DNA from: Minisyncoccota bacterium
GTDB lineage: Bacteria > Patescibacteriota > Minisyncoccia > Phycocordibacterales > UBA2100
Length of the DNA: 64,000 nucleotides
Direction of reading: 5' to 3'
Assembly: GCA_965267345.1 (NCBI GenBank)
Contig: OZ253947.1
Location: 489,964 to 553,963 of the forward strand
In this document: positions 1 through 9,683 of the stretch, in pieces
Layout: each line of letters begins with the position of its first letter
How positions within the stretch are numbered: the stretch's first letter is position 1
The notes under the pieces: model-generated
What the model was told of the DNA's origin: nothing
Database searches by the model: none
Seen by the model: only the letters and a program-made list of their open reading frames with translations
Position numbers and translations under genes: made by a program

Positions 1-173
1 CCAAAATAGAGCATTTTAGCCGCTTTCCAGCGTTTTGCAGAATCAGAAATTTCCTTTTCGGTGAGCACATCACCAAAAAAGGCACGCGCCTCTGAAAGAG
101 AGTTAAGCTCTAATACTGCACAAAAGAAATCGTCAGTATCGTTATTCATCCAACTGTGCTTTTTTGCTTTCAT
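1..173 (-). CDS. YerC/YecD (Trp-repressor-like) protein, runs off the window edge
   Basis: Manual translation MKAKKHSWMNNDTDDFFCAVLELNSLSEARAFFGDVLTEKEISDSAKRWKAAKML matches the YerC/YecD pattern (FF.D..T..E......R). Confidence 0.8.
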   Translation of the reverse strand, partial: MKAKKHSWMNNDTDDFFCAVLELNSLSEARAFFGDVLTEKEISDSAKRWKAAKMLYF

Positions 174-175
174 AT

Positions 176-221
176 GCTTTAGTATATAAAATCATTTAAG
201 TAACTAAAGCATTTATCCACA
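176..221. promoter_or_regulatory. -10 box (TATACT) overlapped by an imperfect inverted repeat (possible TrpR-like operator), plus a single perfect DnaA box TTATCCACA at 213-221
   Basis: GCTTTAGTATATAAAAT / ATTTAAGTAACTAAAGC inverted pair seen directly; function inferred. Confidence 0.4.
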
Positions 222-246
222 GTTTTTTGTGTATTTTTGCACCTTT

Positions 247-579
247 TTAGTCTAAATGTGTCGCTACTGCCCCAGCGACTGACACTGCGAGTGCACCGAG
301 AAACGCCGCGAGGAAGCCTTCTACGGTAAATCCTTCCACAAAGGTGGAGAGAAGCCAGAAGATAAATGCGTTTATGAGGAATGCAGAGAGGCCGAAGGTG
401 AGCAGGTGTATTGGTAATGTGAGTATTGTGAGCAGTGGCTTGATGGTAATACTCGCCAACCCCAACAGCACGGCAACGATGAGTGCTGTGTAGAGTGAGT
501 CGATAGTGATGCTTGGTATCCAGTACGCTGCCGCAAACAGCGCAAGAACAACGAGAGCAAAGCGAATAAGCATAGGCAT
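247..579 (-). CDS. Phage holin family 4 / YvlD-like membrane protein
   Basis: 4 TM segments; IKPLL.ILTLP...LTFGL..F.INA motif. Confidence 0.85.
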   Translation of the reverse strand: MPMLIRFALVVLALFAAAYWIPSITIDSLYTALIVAVLLGLASITIKPLLTILTLPIHLLTFGLSAFLINAFIFWLLSTFVEGFTVEGFLAAFLGALAVSVAGAVATHLD

Positions 580-582
580 TCC

Positions 583-1122
583 CTAGTTATGAGTAATGTG
601 GGCAAAGAGCCCGTCGAGCATGGTCTGCGTAAATGTAATGAGTTGCTCACCAGCTTTCAGCTCTGAGCCATGAGCAGTGAGGTCGGTGACGTTGCCCACT
701 GCAACGGTGTATGGGACAACGTACATCTTGAATGTGGCAAGCATGGCGAACAGGTGCTCGAGGGCGCGCGTGCCGCCGTATTGGCCGTTAGAGACACCTA
801 CAAGCCCGACAGGTTTGCCTTCGTACTCCTTAAACGCGCTGTCGAGCAGCAATTTGAGCTCTCCCGAGAAGGAATGGTTGTATTCGGGAACGACAAGAAT
901 AAACGCATCCACTTCTGCGGCTTTGTTTCGCCATTTTTGTGCATTTTCGTCCGCAACCCATGCGGGAACGGTAAACGGTGAGATGAGGTAGTCTTTGGGG
1001 TCTATGAGGTCAATTTCAGGCGATTCTGGGCGGTTTTTAAGCTCATTTGCGATAAAGTGCGCCACATGAATAGATTGGCGTTCTTCCCGCCCTGTACCAA
1101 TTACAACTGCCACACGTGTCAT
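583..1122 (-). CDS. NADPH-dependent FMN reductase (flavodoxin-like)
   Basis: G(T/S).R N-terminus, PEYNHSFSG.LK..LD, GKPV..VG.S.G..GG.RA. Confidence 0.9.
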   Translation of the reverse strand: MTRVAVVIGTGREERQSIHVAHFIANELKNRPESPEIDLIDPKDYLISPFTVPAWVADENAQKWRNKAAEVDAFILVVPEYNHSFSGELKLLLDSAFKEYEGKPVGLVGVSNGQYGGTRALEHLFAMLATFKMYVVPYTVAVGNVTDLTAHGSELKAGEQLITFTQTMLDGLFAHITHN

Positions 1123-1192
1123 ACGTGGGAGTATAGCATATGACGCTCGGAGCCTTGAGCAATGGGCACGGAGCGTTGATGCGCACGATACA

Positions 1193-1348
1193 CTACACGT
1201 GCATGTCAGGGTAGTTTCCTTCCCTGCCGCACCATGGGCAGAACCATGTATGCTTGTCTGCAGGCGCGTCTCCTATCGTCCACCATTTATCACACGTCGT
1301 ACAGCGAAAGTGGTGCAGTACTTCTTGTGACCGCTTCGCGTCCGTCAT
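1193..1348 (-). CDS. 51-aa zinc-ribbon protein (below the ORF-track cutoff)
   Basis: MTDAKRSQEVLHHFRCTTCDKWWTIGDAPADKHTWFCPWCGREGNYPDMHV: CxxC...CxxC; ATG 4 nt after the secA stop. Confidence 0.75.
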   Translation of the reverse strand: MTDAKRSQEVLHHFRCTTCDKWWTIGDAPADKHTWFCPWCGREGNYPDMHV

Positions 1349-1352
1349 GATG

Positions 1353-3911
1353 CTACGCAGATTGCGCAGTGCGCTGCTGGTGTGTCTGACTGTTGATCAG
1401 ACCACACTTCTTATATTTTTCGCCTGAGCCGCACGGACAGGAGTCGTTACGACCGACTTTCTCGCCGCTTTGTGTTTTTTGCGCTGACTGCTGCGCGGTC
1501 GTGTCTGCACCTGTGGTGCCAACAATGCTGGCATTTTCATGCACCTCGCGCATTTGACTGCGCTGTGGTCGCTGGAACATGTCGGCAGCTAACTGCGGCA
1601 GTAAGTGACACACATGGTCGGCATAGGCCTGCTCAAAGTCGTCAAACATGCGCTGCCCTTCCCGCTTGTATTCGATGAGTGGGTCACGCTGTCCGTAGGC
1701 ACGCAGGTTCACACTGCTGCGGAGGTAATCCATCATTTCAAGATGCTCAACCCACATCACATCGAGTGTCTGCAACATGACGCGACGGAGTACATTGTAA
1801 AATTCATCGTCCCCGAGCTCGTCGCGCTTTTTGGCAATAGTGTCATTGAGTTCCGTATCATCACCCACGAGGCTCTCTAATTCGCGCAGGAGTGTGTCGT
1901 GTTCGCCGAGCAAAATGGCATGGCGGCGATTGTAGAGGTTTTGGCGCTGGGCATTGAGCACGTCGTCGTAGGCAAGCACTTGCTTGCGGGAATCGAAATG
2001 GAATCCTTCGATTTTGCGCTGTGCCGACTCGAGTGAGCGCGTAATCATTTTGTTGCGGATCGGCTCATCTTCAGGGATACCAAAGCGCCCCATCATTCCC
2101 TTAATAGTGTCGCTGGCAAACACGCGCATGAGCATGTCCTCGAGTGAGACGAAAAATTGTGTCTCACCTGGATCACCCTGACGACCGGCGCGTCCGCGCA
2201 ACTGGTTGTCGGTGCGTCGTGCTTCGTGACGCTCAGTGCCGAGTACAAACAGCCCGCCAAGCTCGCGTACGTCCTGCTGTTGTTCGGGTGTAGCGCTCTC
2301 GCCGCCGAGCTTGATGTCGACACCGCGGCCGGCCATGTTGGTCGCCAGCGTCACCGCACTCCTACGGCCGGCATTGGCGATGATCGCGCCTTCTTGTTCA
2401 TGATTCTTGGCGTTGAGCATCTCGTGCTGGATGCCTGACTGGGTCAAATATGCGCTTAACAGCTCGTTTTTCTCAACTGATACCGTACCGATAAGGACCG
2501 GTTGCTGCTTTTCGTTGAGCTCTTTAACAAGCCGTGCGATAGCTTTAAATTTACCCTTTTCAGTCTGGTAAATGAGGTCGTCGTGATCGATACGCGCCAC
2601 TGGCTTATTCGTCGGAATCTCAACGGTATTGAGACCGTACACTTTGAAAAACTCCTCTGATGACGTGGTAGCAGTACCCGTCATACCGCTGAGCTTATCG
2701 TACAGGCGGAAGTAGTTCTGGTAGGTAATGGAGGCGAACGTGCGCGATTCCTGCTGGATTTTCACACCCTCTTTTGCCTCGATGGCCTGATGGAGTCCTT
2801 CACTCCAGCGACGCCCTGGCTGCATACGCCCCGTAAATTCGTCAACAATAACAACGTAGCCGTCGCGGACCACGTAGTCGCGATCGCGTTCAAAGAGTGC
2901 CTTTGCGCGCACAGCCGTTTCGAGGTGGTGCACATACTTAATACCGCGGTCGGTGTAGATATTATCGACACCGAGGATGCTTTCTGCTTTTTCAATACCG
3001 GCGTCAGTCAGCTGAATTGCTTTGAGTTTCTCGTCAACGGTGTAGTCGGTATCGCGTGTGAGCTGCGCAGCGATGCGTGAAAATTGCACGTAGAGCTCTT
3101 CGGCCTCGGCTGCCGGAGCGGAAATGATGAGTGGCGTGCGCGCTTCGTCAATGAGAATAGAGTCGATCTCGTCGACAATTGCAAAGTTGTACCCGCCCTC
3201 CTCAGGCGTGCGCTGTCGCAACTCGTCTTTGCTGTATGCAATATTGTCGCGCAGGTAGTCGAAACCGAATTCGTTGTTGGTACCATAGGTGATGTCGGCC
3301 ATATACGCCTCGTGGCGGGTGCACGGCGTGAGGTACTCATCAACCACTTCAAACGACCCCTTCTCGTCGCGCTCCTCGTCGGCCTCTTCCTCTTCAGCTG
3401 CCGGTACACGACTTTCGTCGTAGCGGAATGACGTTTCGTGATTGATAACCCCGACTGAAAGCCCTAAAAAGCTGTAAATTTGCCCCATCCACACTGCGTC
3501 ACGTCGTGAAAGGTAGTCGTTGACGGTCACTACATGCACCCCTTTTCCGGTGAGCGCATTCAAGTACACCGGCAGCGTTGCCACGAGCGTTTTTCCCTCT
3601 CCCGTGCGCATCTCTGAAATATCGCCATTGTGCATGACCGTACCGCCGAGTATCTGCACGTCGTAGTGCCGCTGGCCGAGCGTGCGCTTTGACGCTTCAC
3701 GTACGGCAGCGAATGCCTCGGGAAGGAGTTCGTCGAGTGTGGCGCCGTCGTCGAGCCGTGCCTTAAATTCGTCAGTTTTTGCTTTGAGCTGCTCATCAGA
3801 CAGTGCCTCAAATGCACTTTCGAGCGCATTGACACGCCCCACCATTGGCTTTGCCTTCTTGAGTGCTTTTGCGTTTTCGTCGCCGAGCAGCTTTTTGATT
3901 GCCGTGAGCAT
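1353..3911 (-). CDS. secA: Preprotein translocase ATPase SecA
   Basis: MRTGEGKT, VDEIDSILIDEARTPLIIS, TNMAGRGVDIKL, C-terminal SEC-C; start re-called to MLTAIKK. Confidence 0.98.
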   Translation of the reverse strand: MLTAIKKLLGDENAKALKKAKPMVGRVNALESAFEALSDEQLKAKTDEFKARLDDGATLDELLPEAFAAVREASKRTLGQRHYDVQILGGTVMHNGDISEMRTGEGKTLVATLPVYLNALTGKGVHVVTVNDYLSRRDAVWMGQIYSFLGLSVGVINHETSFRYDESRVPAAEEEEADEERDEKGSFEVVDEYLTPCTRHEAYMADITYGTNNEFGFDYLRDNIAYSKDELRQRTPEEGGYNFAIVDEIDSILIDEARTPLIISAPAAEAEELYVQFSRIAAQLTRDTDYTVDEKLKAIQLTDAGIEKAESILGVDNIYTDRGIKYVHHLETAVRAKALFERDRDYVVRDGYVVIVDEFTGRMQPGRRWSEGLHQAIEAKEGVKIQQESRTFASITYQNYFRLYDKLSGMTGTATTSSEEFFKVYGLNTVEIPTNKPVARIDHDDLIYQTEKGKFKAIARLVKELNEKQQPVLIGTVSVEKNELLSAYLTQSGIQHEMLNAKNHEQEGAIIANAGRRSAVTLATNMAGRGVDIKLGGESATPEQQQDVRELGGLFVLGTERHEARRTDNQLRGRAGRQGDPGETQFFVSLEDMLMRVFASDTIKGMMGRFGIPEDEPIRNKMITRSLESAQRKIEGFHFDSRKQVLAYDDVLNAQRQNLYNRRHAILLGEHDTLLRELESLVGDDTELNDTIAKKRDELGDDEFYNVLRRVMLQTLDVMWVEHLEMMDYLRSSVNLRAYGQRDPLIEYKREGQRMFDDFEQAYADHVCHLLPQLAADMFQRPQRSQMREVHENASIVGTTGADTTAQQSAQKTQSGEKVGRNDSCPCGSGEKYKKCGLINSQTHQQRTAQSA

Positions 3912-3974
3912 CGGCACATAGTAGCCCAAAACACGCGGCGATTCCACCGCTGAGCGCCACGCGCGCCTCGGCAA

Positions 3975-6197
3975 CTACCGGCTAAAGTACTGATCGAGTT
4001 CGGTGCGTATTTGTGCGGCCATTTGCTGCAATTGCGGCACTTCAGCGACGAGCCGATTGAGTTCAGCGTAGGCGCGTGTTTCGTCTCGCTGCTGCGCGTA
4101 GGCAGCAACAAGCGTGAAGTACGCATTCGGATCCTGCGGACGATGTGCAACGACAATGCGCCATACCGCACGTGCGGTGTCGTGACGGCCATGTTGCACT
4201 AAAATCGGTATCAGTCGTGCGTCATCTGCTACTTCAGGTTTTTCCTGTATGAGTGCGAGACCTTCTTCTGTCTGACCATTGAGCAGCAGTGCAGTTGCAT
4301 AGATGACCCGCCCCTCATCATATCCGGGTACAAGTTCAAATGCGGTTTGTGCGTATGGTACGGCCTCATCATAGCGCTCCATGTTAATGCTGCTCGCCGC
4401 AAGCCCCACTAACACCGATGGCTTGTTCGGGGTACGTTCGAGTGCCTCACGCTGAGCATCTCGTGCCGCGTCGTAGTTTTTAAAGCTCGTGTGGAGATTA
4501 CTCAGTAATGCCCACGGGCGTGCATCGGCAGGCACACGCTCAATTTGTCGCTCTATTGCTGCCTGCGCACTCGTGTACCATGCTTGTCGCTCACTTTCTG
4601 AGAGCCACGTGGCACCTGCCATTTGTCGCGCCGCTTCAACAAATTGCTCACGTACCTCCTGCGTGCCGTAGCTAGGTATCGTCTCAGCTTCCTGCACGAG
4701 GGTGAGTGCCTGCTCGCTCAGTGCAGGTGCACGCTCAGCGTTCCCCTGCTGCGCACGTGCCTCAGCCGTTGCTGCCGACGCAAGACCACGCAAAAGGGTT
4801 GTGTTTTTTGTGTACGCACCCGCATTAATGGCCCATACGAGACCAACTGCGAGCACACCGGCGCCGACGACGAGTGCAACGCGTACGCTGGGGGTGTAGA
4901 TCTCCGGAATCCGCTGTCGGCCGCTGGGTATGTGCCATACATCGGTTGCCGTAGCGTACACCCACGCAAGAATCGAGAAGAAGAGCACGTAGCTGACGAT
5001 GTTATCGAATACGGTCAGCAAGCTAAACCCATAGCCGACAAGCAGACCAACAAAGAGCCACTTTTGTGTGAGCGTGAATTGCTCGGTTCTATACAGCGTC
5101 CAGAGCAGCGCAAGATAGATAGCTATGTAGGCCAGCAGGCCGAGCAGGCCGGCGGCGATCGCCCAGTCGAAGATGACGTTGTGCGTACGATCGAACCACT
5201 GTTCTTGGTCGTACATACGTGGGTCGTAGTACTTGTTGAACACGAAATTGAAATTCGCCTGTCCCCAACCTAAGAGCGGACGCTCTTTGATACCCTCCCA
5301 CGCAATGCCCCACACGAGCGTTCGCGCGTATACGGTGCCTTCGGTGAGTGAAATGGTCGCAAAGCGCTTGAGCACCGGTGTTTCCTGCAAAAATGCACTG
5401 CCCCGTGCCGCATAAAATGACCCCACCAATACGAGGACCGCGACGAGTACGGTGATGGCAGCAGTGCGCACTTTTGTGTGGTGTCGCATTGAAAAAGCAA
5501 TGCCGGCTGAGGTGACGATCGCGCCGAGAATAAGGCCAATGCCGGCGCCGCGGGTCGCGGTGAAATACAGCACGAATAGGTGGAGCGGAATGATAAGTGC
5601 ATAGACGATGTACTCAAATGTGTTGCGCCGCGGCGATGCACCACGCCGCGCGAGCATGATGCACATCACGAAGATGTGAAAGAGTACGTACATTGCCAAG
5701 TAGATTGGATTGCCGAGCGTCGCGTCAAGCCGCCCTTTTTCTGTCAGCAGAAGCTGCCCTATAGCATTTACTGACACGGCAGCACTGACCGCAACTGAGG
5801 CTCGCCAGAACCACAACCAGAGTTTTTCCGTTGCCAAAACAGTTCCCGCTACAATGAAGTACGCAAGTAGGTGCAGGAGCGTAATGAGCCCTTCCATGCG
5901 CTCGTAGTTGCTCCAGATACTCTTGAATGGGTACACGCCGGCTATATCGGCAAGTGCAACAACGCCGATAAATACAACTACGGAGGACACAAGCGCTGTA
6001 ACCCGCGGCCGATAGGCGGCGTTAAACAGTGCGAGAGCTGCCCAGAGCGCCACTACAATTTCAACAATGACGCGAAAAAAGAAGTTCTTGCCCGTAATGT
6101 ACGGAAAAAAGAGACCGTCAATGACAATGAGGACCGTCAGCGGGAGCAAAAAAATGCCGGCAATAATGCTATAGCGCAGCGCTTTTTCTAATTGCAT
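3975..6197 (-). CDS. O-antigen ligase (Wzy_C) family membrane protein with C-terminal TPR-like repeats
   Basis: ~12 TM; T.GNP.Y, T.TRG, R...W......ERPLLGWG, HN..D motifs; helical TPR-like tail. Confidence 0.85.
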   Translation of the reverse strand: MQLEKALRYSIIAGIFLLPLTVLIVIDGLFFPYITGKNFFFRVIVEIVVALWAALALFNAAYRPRVTALVSSVVVFIGVVALADIAGVYPFKSIWSNYERMEGLITLLHLLAYFIVAGTVLATEKLWLWFWRASVAVSAAVSVNAIGQLLLTEKGRLDATLGNPIYLAMYVLFHIFVMCIMLARRGASPRRNTFEYIVYALIIPLHLFVLYFTATRGAGIGLILGAIVTSAGIAFSMRHHTKVRTAAITVLVAVLVLVGSFYAARGSAFLQETPVLKRFATISLTEGTVYARTLVWGIAWEGIKERPLLGWGQANFNFVFNKYYDPRMYDQEQWFDRTHNVIFDWAIAAGLLGLLAYIAIYLALLWTLYRTEQFTLTQKWLFVGLLVGYGFSLLTVFDNIVSYVLFFSILAWVYATATDVWHIPSGRQRIPEIYTPSVRVALVVGAGVLAVGLVWAINAGAYTKNTTLLRGLASAATAEARAQQGNAERAPALSEQALTLVQEAETIPSYGTQEVREQFVEAARQMAGATWLSESERQAWYTSAQAAIERQIERVPADARPWALLSNLHTSFKNYDAARDAQREALERTPNKPSVLVGLAASSINMERYDEAVPYAQTAFELVPGYDEGRVIYATALLLNGQTEEGLALIQEKPEVADDARLIPILVQHGRHDTARAVWRIVVAHRPQDPNAYFTLVAAYAQQRDETRAYAELNRLVAEVPQLQQMAAQIRTELDQYFSR

Positions 6198-6209
6198 GAG
6201 CTGACTATA

Positions 6210-7013
6210 TCACGAATTTCCGTGGTGCCCAGATGCTACTGCAGAGAGAATTTCCTCATGGAGCACACCGTTAGTGGCAAGAATGCCGTGTTCGGCCTTT
6301 GGCACTTCTTTGTTGTAGACGAGCTGCTCACCAAACGCTCCCGTAACCTTCCCACCGGCTTCCTCGACAATGATGTGCGGTGCGGCAATGTCCCACTCGC
6401 CCATTTTGTTTGTCGGATTAATAAAGAAGTCCGCCCTGCCGTCTGCCACACACCCAGCTTTAATGCCATTGCTCCCAACGCGCACTTGCTGCGCAGGCGC
6501 AATAGCCTTGAGGAGTTCTGCAAGGCGCCCCGTAAGGTGCGTGCGGCTTGTGACTGCATGTGCTGCGTGTGGATTGCTTTGTTCCGAAACTGAGATGCGC
6601 GTTTCGCTCTCCTGTTCTTGTACATACGCACCCTTGTCTTTCTCCGCATAGTAGAGTGTATCCTGCACCGGTAGATATACTGCACCAAACACCGGCTTGT
6701 CATGATGCAGCAGCGCCACCATGATGCAAAACTCATCATTTCGCCGTATGAAACTACCGGTCCCATCGAGCGGATCGACCAGCCACACATACTCAGCACC
6801 CAAACGATTCTTATCATCTTCGCTCTCTTCTGAGAGAATCGGGTAGCCACTTTTTGACAGCTCTTCAAGCAAAACGCGATTTGCTTCTAAATCAGCCTTG
6901 GTGACCGGATCTCTGAACCCCTTCCACTCGACATCAAAATTGGTTTTGTAGACTTCTGTAACTGCATCACCAGCACGGTACAAAAGTGGTATTAGAAAAG
7001 AAAAATTTTGCAT
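6210..7013 (-). CDS. cysQ: 3'(2'),5'-bisphosphate nucleotidase CysQ
   Basis: PVT.AD, ILSEE, WLVDPLDGT..F, EWDIAA inositol-monophosphatase/CysQ motifs. Confidence 0.85.
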   Translation of the reverse strand: MQNFSFLIPLLYRAGDAVTEVYKTNFDVEWKGFRDPVTKADLEANRVLLEELSKSGYPILSEESEDDKNRLGAEYVWLVDPLDGTGSFIRRNDEFCIMVALLHHDKPVFGAVYLPVQDTLYYAEKDKGAYVQEQESETRISVSEQSNPHAAHAVTSRTHLTGRLAELLKAIAPAQQVRVGSNGIKAGCVADGRADFFINPTNKMGEWDIAAPHIIVEEAGGKVTGAFGEQLVYNKEVPKAEHGILATNGVLHEEILSAVASGHHGNS

Positions 7014-7106
7014 GTTGTAATTATCTATACAATACACTTATTATCCCAGCTTGGACATTGGCGCGCTCTAACCTATAACACATCAAATATGATAAAGTGC
7101 AGACAC

Positions 7107-7376
7107 ATGTCATTTTTTGAAAAGCGTCCGTGGGGATGGATGATTAAGCCTTTGCACACAAAACGACGATGGTTAAAGCTTATCCGCGTTACTGGACGTA
7201 CAAGTCTACAATCGCACCGCGAGCGTATTGAATACCATATAAACATAAGGGGAATACAGCGCATCGAACGTGAAGAAGTGCATCGCATGGGACCCGGTTG
7301 GTATGTCGAGTACGCATACGGGTCGCCCAGAGAAAACGACATTGTGCGGTATGAGGATGATTATGGCAGGATATAA
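7107..7376 (+). CDS. Short cupin, mannose-6-phosphate isomerase type II C-terminal-like
   Basis: RPWG, SLQSH..R.E, E.DIVR.EDDYGR motifs; shorter than typical. Confidence 0.75.
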   Translation: MSFFEKRPWGWMIKPLHTKRRWLKLIRVTGRTSLQSHRERIEYHINIRGIQRIEREEVHRMGPGWYVEYAYGSPRENDIVRYEDDYGRI

Positions 7377-7812
7377 AAGTAAACCAACGGTAGTAGCAGT
7401 TTCTGGCTACTTTAACCCGCTGCATAAAGGGCACGTTGATTTACTTACTGCAGCCGCAAAGCTAGGCGATACTCTTGTTGTTATTGTAAATAACGACGAA
7501 CAAGTGCTGCTTAAGGGTCGCGTGCCGTTTATGGATGAAAAGGAACGTGCCTATATTGTAAGCGCACTTGAGTGCGTTGATGAAGTTGTGATCGCGATAG
7601 ATACCGATCGTAGTGTTTGCAAAACTCTTGAATACATTCATCCAAACATTTTTGCAAATGGTGGCGACCGCCGTAATGCCGCCGATATACCAGAAGCGGG
7701 TATCTGTAGCCAATTAGGCATAGAAATGGTGTTCGCTGTGGGCGGTAAAAAAATACAGAGTTCCTCAACACTTATCGAAAATGCCACAAATAAAACACGA
7801 AAAAATGCCTAG
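7363..7812 (+). CDS. Cytidylyltransferase-like nucleotidyltransferase (TagD/RfaE-II family)
   Basis: SGYFNPLHKGH (HxGH), FANGGDR, KIQSSS. Confidence 0.9.
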   Translation: MAGYKSKPTVVAVSGYFNPLHKGHVDLLTAAAKLGDTLVVIVNNDEQVLLKGRVPFMDEKERAYIVSALECVDEVVIAIDTDRSVCKTLEYIHPNIFANGGDRRNAADIPEAGICSQLGIEMVFAVGGKKIQSSSTLIENATNKTRKNA

Positions 7813-7845
7813 CACACACTGGTATCGTACGCACACTGCCAAATT

Positions 7846-8598
7846 ATGAAAGCTAAAGTCAAAGGTGCAAAACCTCGGGTGAGCGTTATTATTCCCGTGT
7901 ACAATGGCTCTCTTTTCTTGCGCGAAGCAATAGAGAGCATACTGAAGCAAACCTATACCGATTTTGAATGTATCATTGTCGACGATGGTTCCGCCGACGA
8001 TTCCGTTGCCATTGTAGAGTCATTCAAAAATGACTCTCGAGTCGTTCTTCTTCAGCAACAACATGGGGGTATCGTCCGCGCGCTAAATGCAGGAATACGT
8101 GCCTCAAAAGGAATCTATATAGCGCGCATGGACGCCGACGACATTGCCGAACCCCGCAGACTAGAGAAGCAGGTTCGTTTTCTTGAAGAATCGGATGCGT
8201 GCCTGTGCGGTACGTACGCCACACTCATTAATAAGGAGGGGGCGGCCTCTGGTACACTCCGTCCACCAACAACACATACTGCGATTGTCCGCCACGCCCT
8301 CCTTCACAACCCATTCATTCATCCAACCGTCATGATGCGCCGCTCACTTCTTGAGGCAGTCGGCTTCTATCGCGAGAAATACCGGCATGTCGAAGACTAC
8401 GAGCTTTGGACGCGTATTCTCCCCCGTTGCCACACTGCGAATATACCAGAGACATTACTTCAATACCGAGTAACAGATACTAGTGTTACACGAACGCACC
8501 ACATGCTTATGCGATACCTCGGTATACTGGTACGCATTCTTTACGCAATGCGACGTCTTAAGGCGCTCACTCGACTTCTCATATCATGCAAAAAGTAA
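7846..8598 (+). CDS. Glycosyltransferase family 2
   Basis: VSVIIPVYN, DDGS, RMDADD, EDYELW. Confidence 0.93.
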   Translation: MKAKVKGAKPRVSVIIPVYNGSLFLREAIESILKQTYTDFECIIVDDGSADDSVAIVESFKNDSRVVLLQQQHGGIVRALNAGIRASKGIYIARMDADDIAEPRRLEKQVRFLEESDACLCGTYATLINKEGAASGTLRPPTTHTAIVRHALLHNPFIHPTVMMRRSLLEAVGFYREKYRHVEDYELWTRILPRCHTANIPETLLQYRVTDTSVTRTHHMLMRYLGILVRILYAMRRLKALTRLLISCKK

Positions 8599-9680
8599 CT
8601 ATATGCTCCCCACAGTACGGCCTTTCCCCACATTCGCATGCGGGCGGTGAGGTACATGACGAAGCCGTACTCAAAGGTCTCGCTCAACGCGGGTATCACA
8701 TTGAGATACTTCTCCCCTACAAAAAACCGTACGATACAAAGCAGAAAAACTGGCGTGTGGAGCATGTTTCTTTGCCGTATATACACACGTCCTATTTATT
8801 TAATGTTGTGTCTTTTTTGCACCTTGTGCGCACGTACAAGCGCCAACCGTTCCATATAGTGCGCATTCATTCACCGTATCTCGTGGGCATCGGGGCATAC
8901 CTTTTTAAGCGCCTCATTGCGCCAGAAGTAAAACTTTTTGCCACTTACCACCACATTGAGCCAAACTGGATATACACACTCATCGACAAAGTCTTGGCTA
9001 ACAAATGGGACCATATATTTATTGATTCCGAGTACAGCAAGCACGACCTCATGCAGCGATATAGCGTTGAGGATGCAAATATAACTGTTACTTACAATGG
9101 TGTCCCGGAGCATTATTTCTCCACACAAAAGAATTCCCCCACAAGTAATAAAGGCTTGTCTCTTGTATTTTGTGGACTGCTTATACAGAGAAAGCGAGTT
9201 GATTTTCTACTACACCTCATGACCAAACTTGATCATGATACTCACCTCACGATCATTGGTGACGGCCCTCTTAAAAGAAAGCTGGAAGCGCTCGCCCGCA
9301 CACTCGACATATCAGAAAAGGTGACTTTCAAGGGGAGTGTGTCAGAGGAACAAAAACTGGACATACTTCGTGCAAGCGACGTGTTTGTATTCCCTTCACG
9401 AATGGAGGGCTTCGGCCTCGCACCAGCAGAAGCCATGGCTCTCGGACTACCGGTTATTGCGAGCAATCAAGGGTCGTTGCCAGAAGTCATCGGTAATGGA
9501 GGCATTGTACTCCCTCATGATGAAGAGATGTGGATTTCCACTATAACTAGGCTAAAGACAGAAAAAGACACGCTCAGACACTACGGGCAAGAAGCCCGAA
9601 AACAAGCACAACAGTTCCGATGGGAACATGTGATTGATACTATCAATACGTATATACAACGTACGCTGCAGCGCGACTAG
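8586..9680 (+). CDS. Glycosyltransferase family 4
   Basis: FPSRMEGFGL...EAMALG.PVI. Confidence 0.93.
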   Translation: MQKVTICSPQYGLSPHSHAGGEVHDEAVLKGLAQRGYHIEILLPYKKPYDTKQKNWRVEHVSLPYIHTSYLFNVVSFLHLVRTYKRQPFHIVRIHSPYLVGIGAYLFKRLIAPEVKLFATYHHIEPNWIYTLIDKVLANKWDHIFIDSEYSKHDLMQRYSVEDANITVTYNGVPEHYFSTQKNSPTSNKGLSLVFCGLLIQRKRVDFLLHLMTKLDHDTHLTIIGDGPLKRKLEALARTLDISEKVTFKGSVSEEQKLDILRASDVFVFPSRMEGFGLAPAEAMALGLPVIASNQGSLPEVIGNGGIVLPHDEEMWISTITRLKTEKDTLRHYGQEARKQAQQFRWEHVIDTINTYIQRTLQRD

Positions 9681-9683
9681 CAT

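Noticed and set aside
213-221. oriC
   Set aside because: Only one perfect DnaA box, with no cluster and no dnaA in view.
247-579. Prophage suggested by a holin-family gene
   Set aside because: This family is commonly chromosomal and there are no other phage genes.
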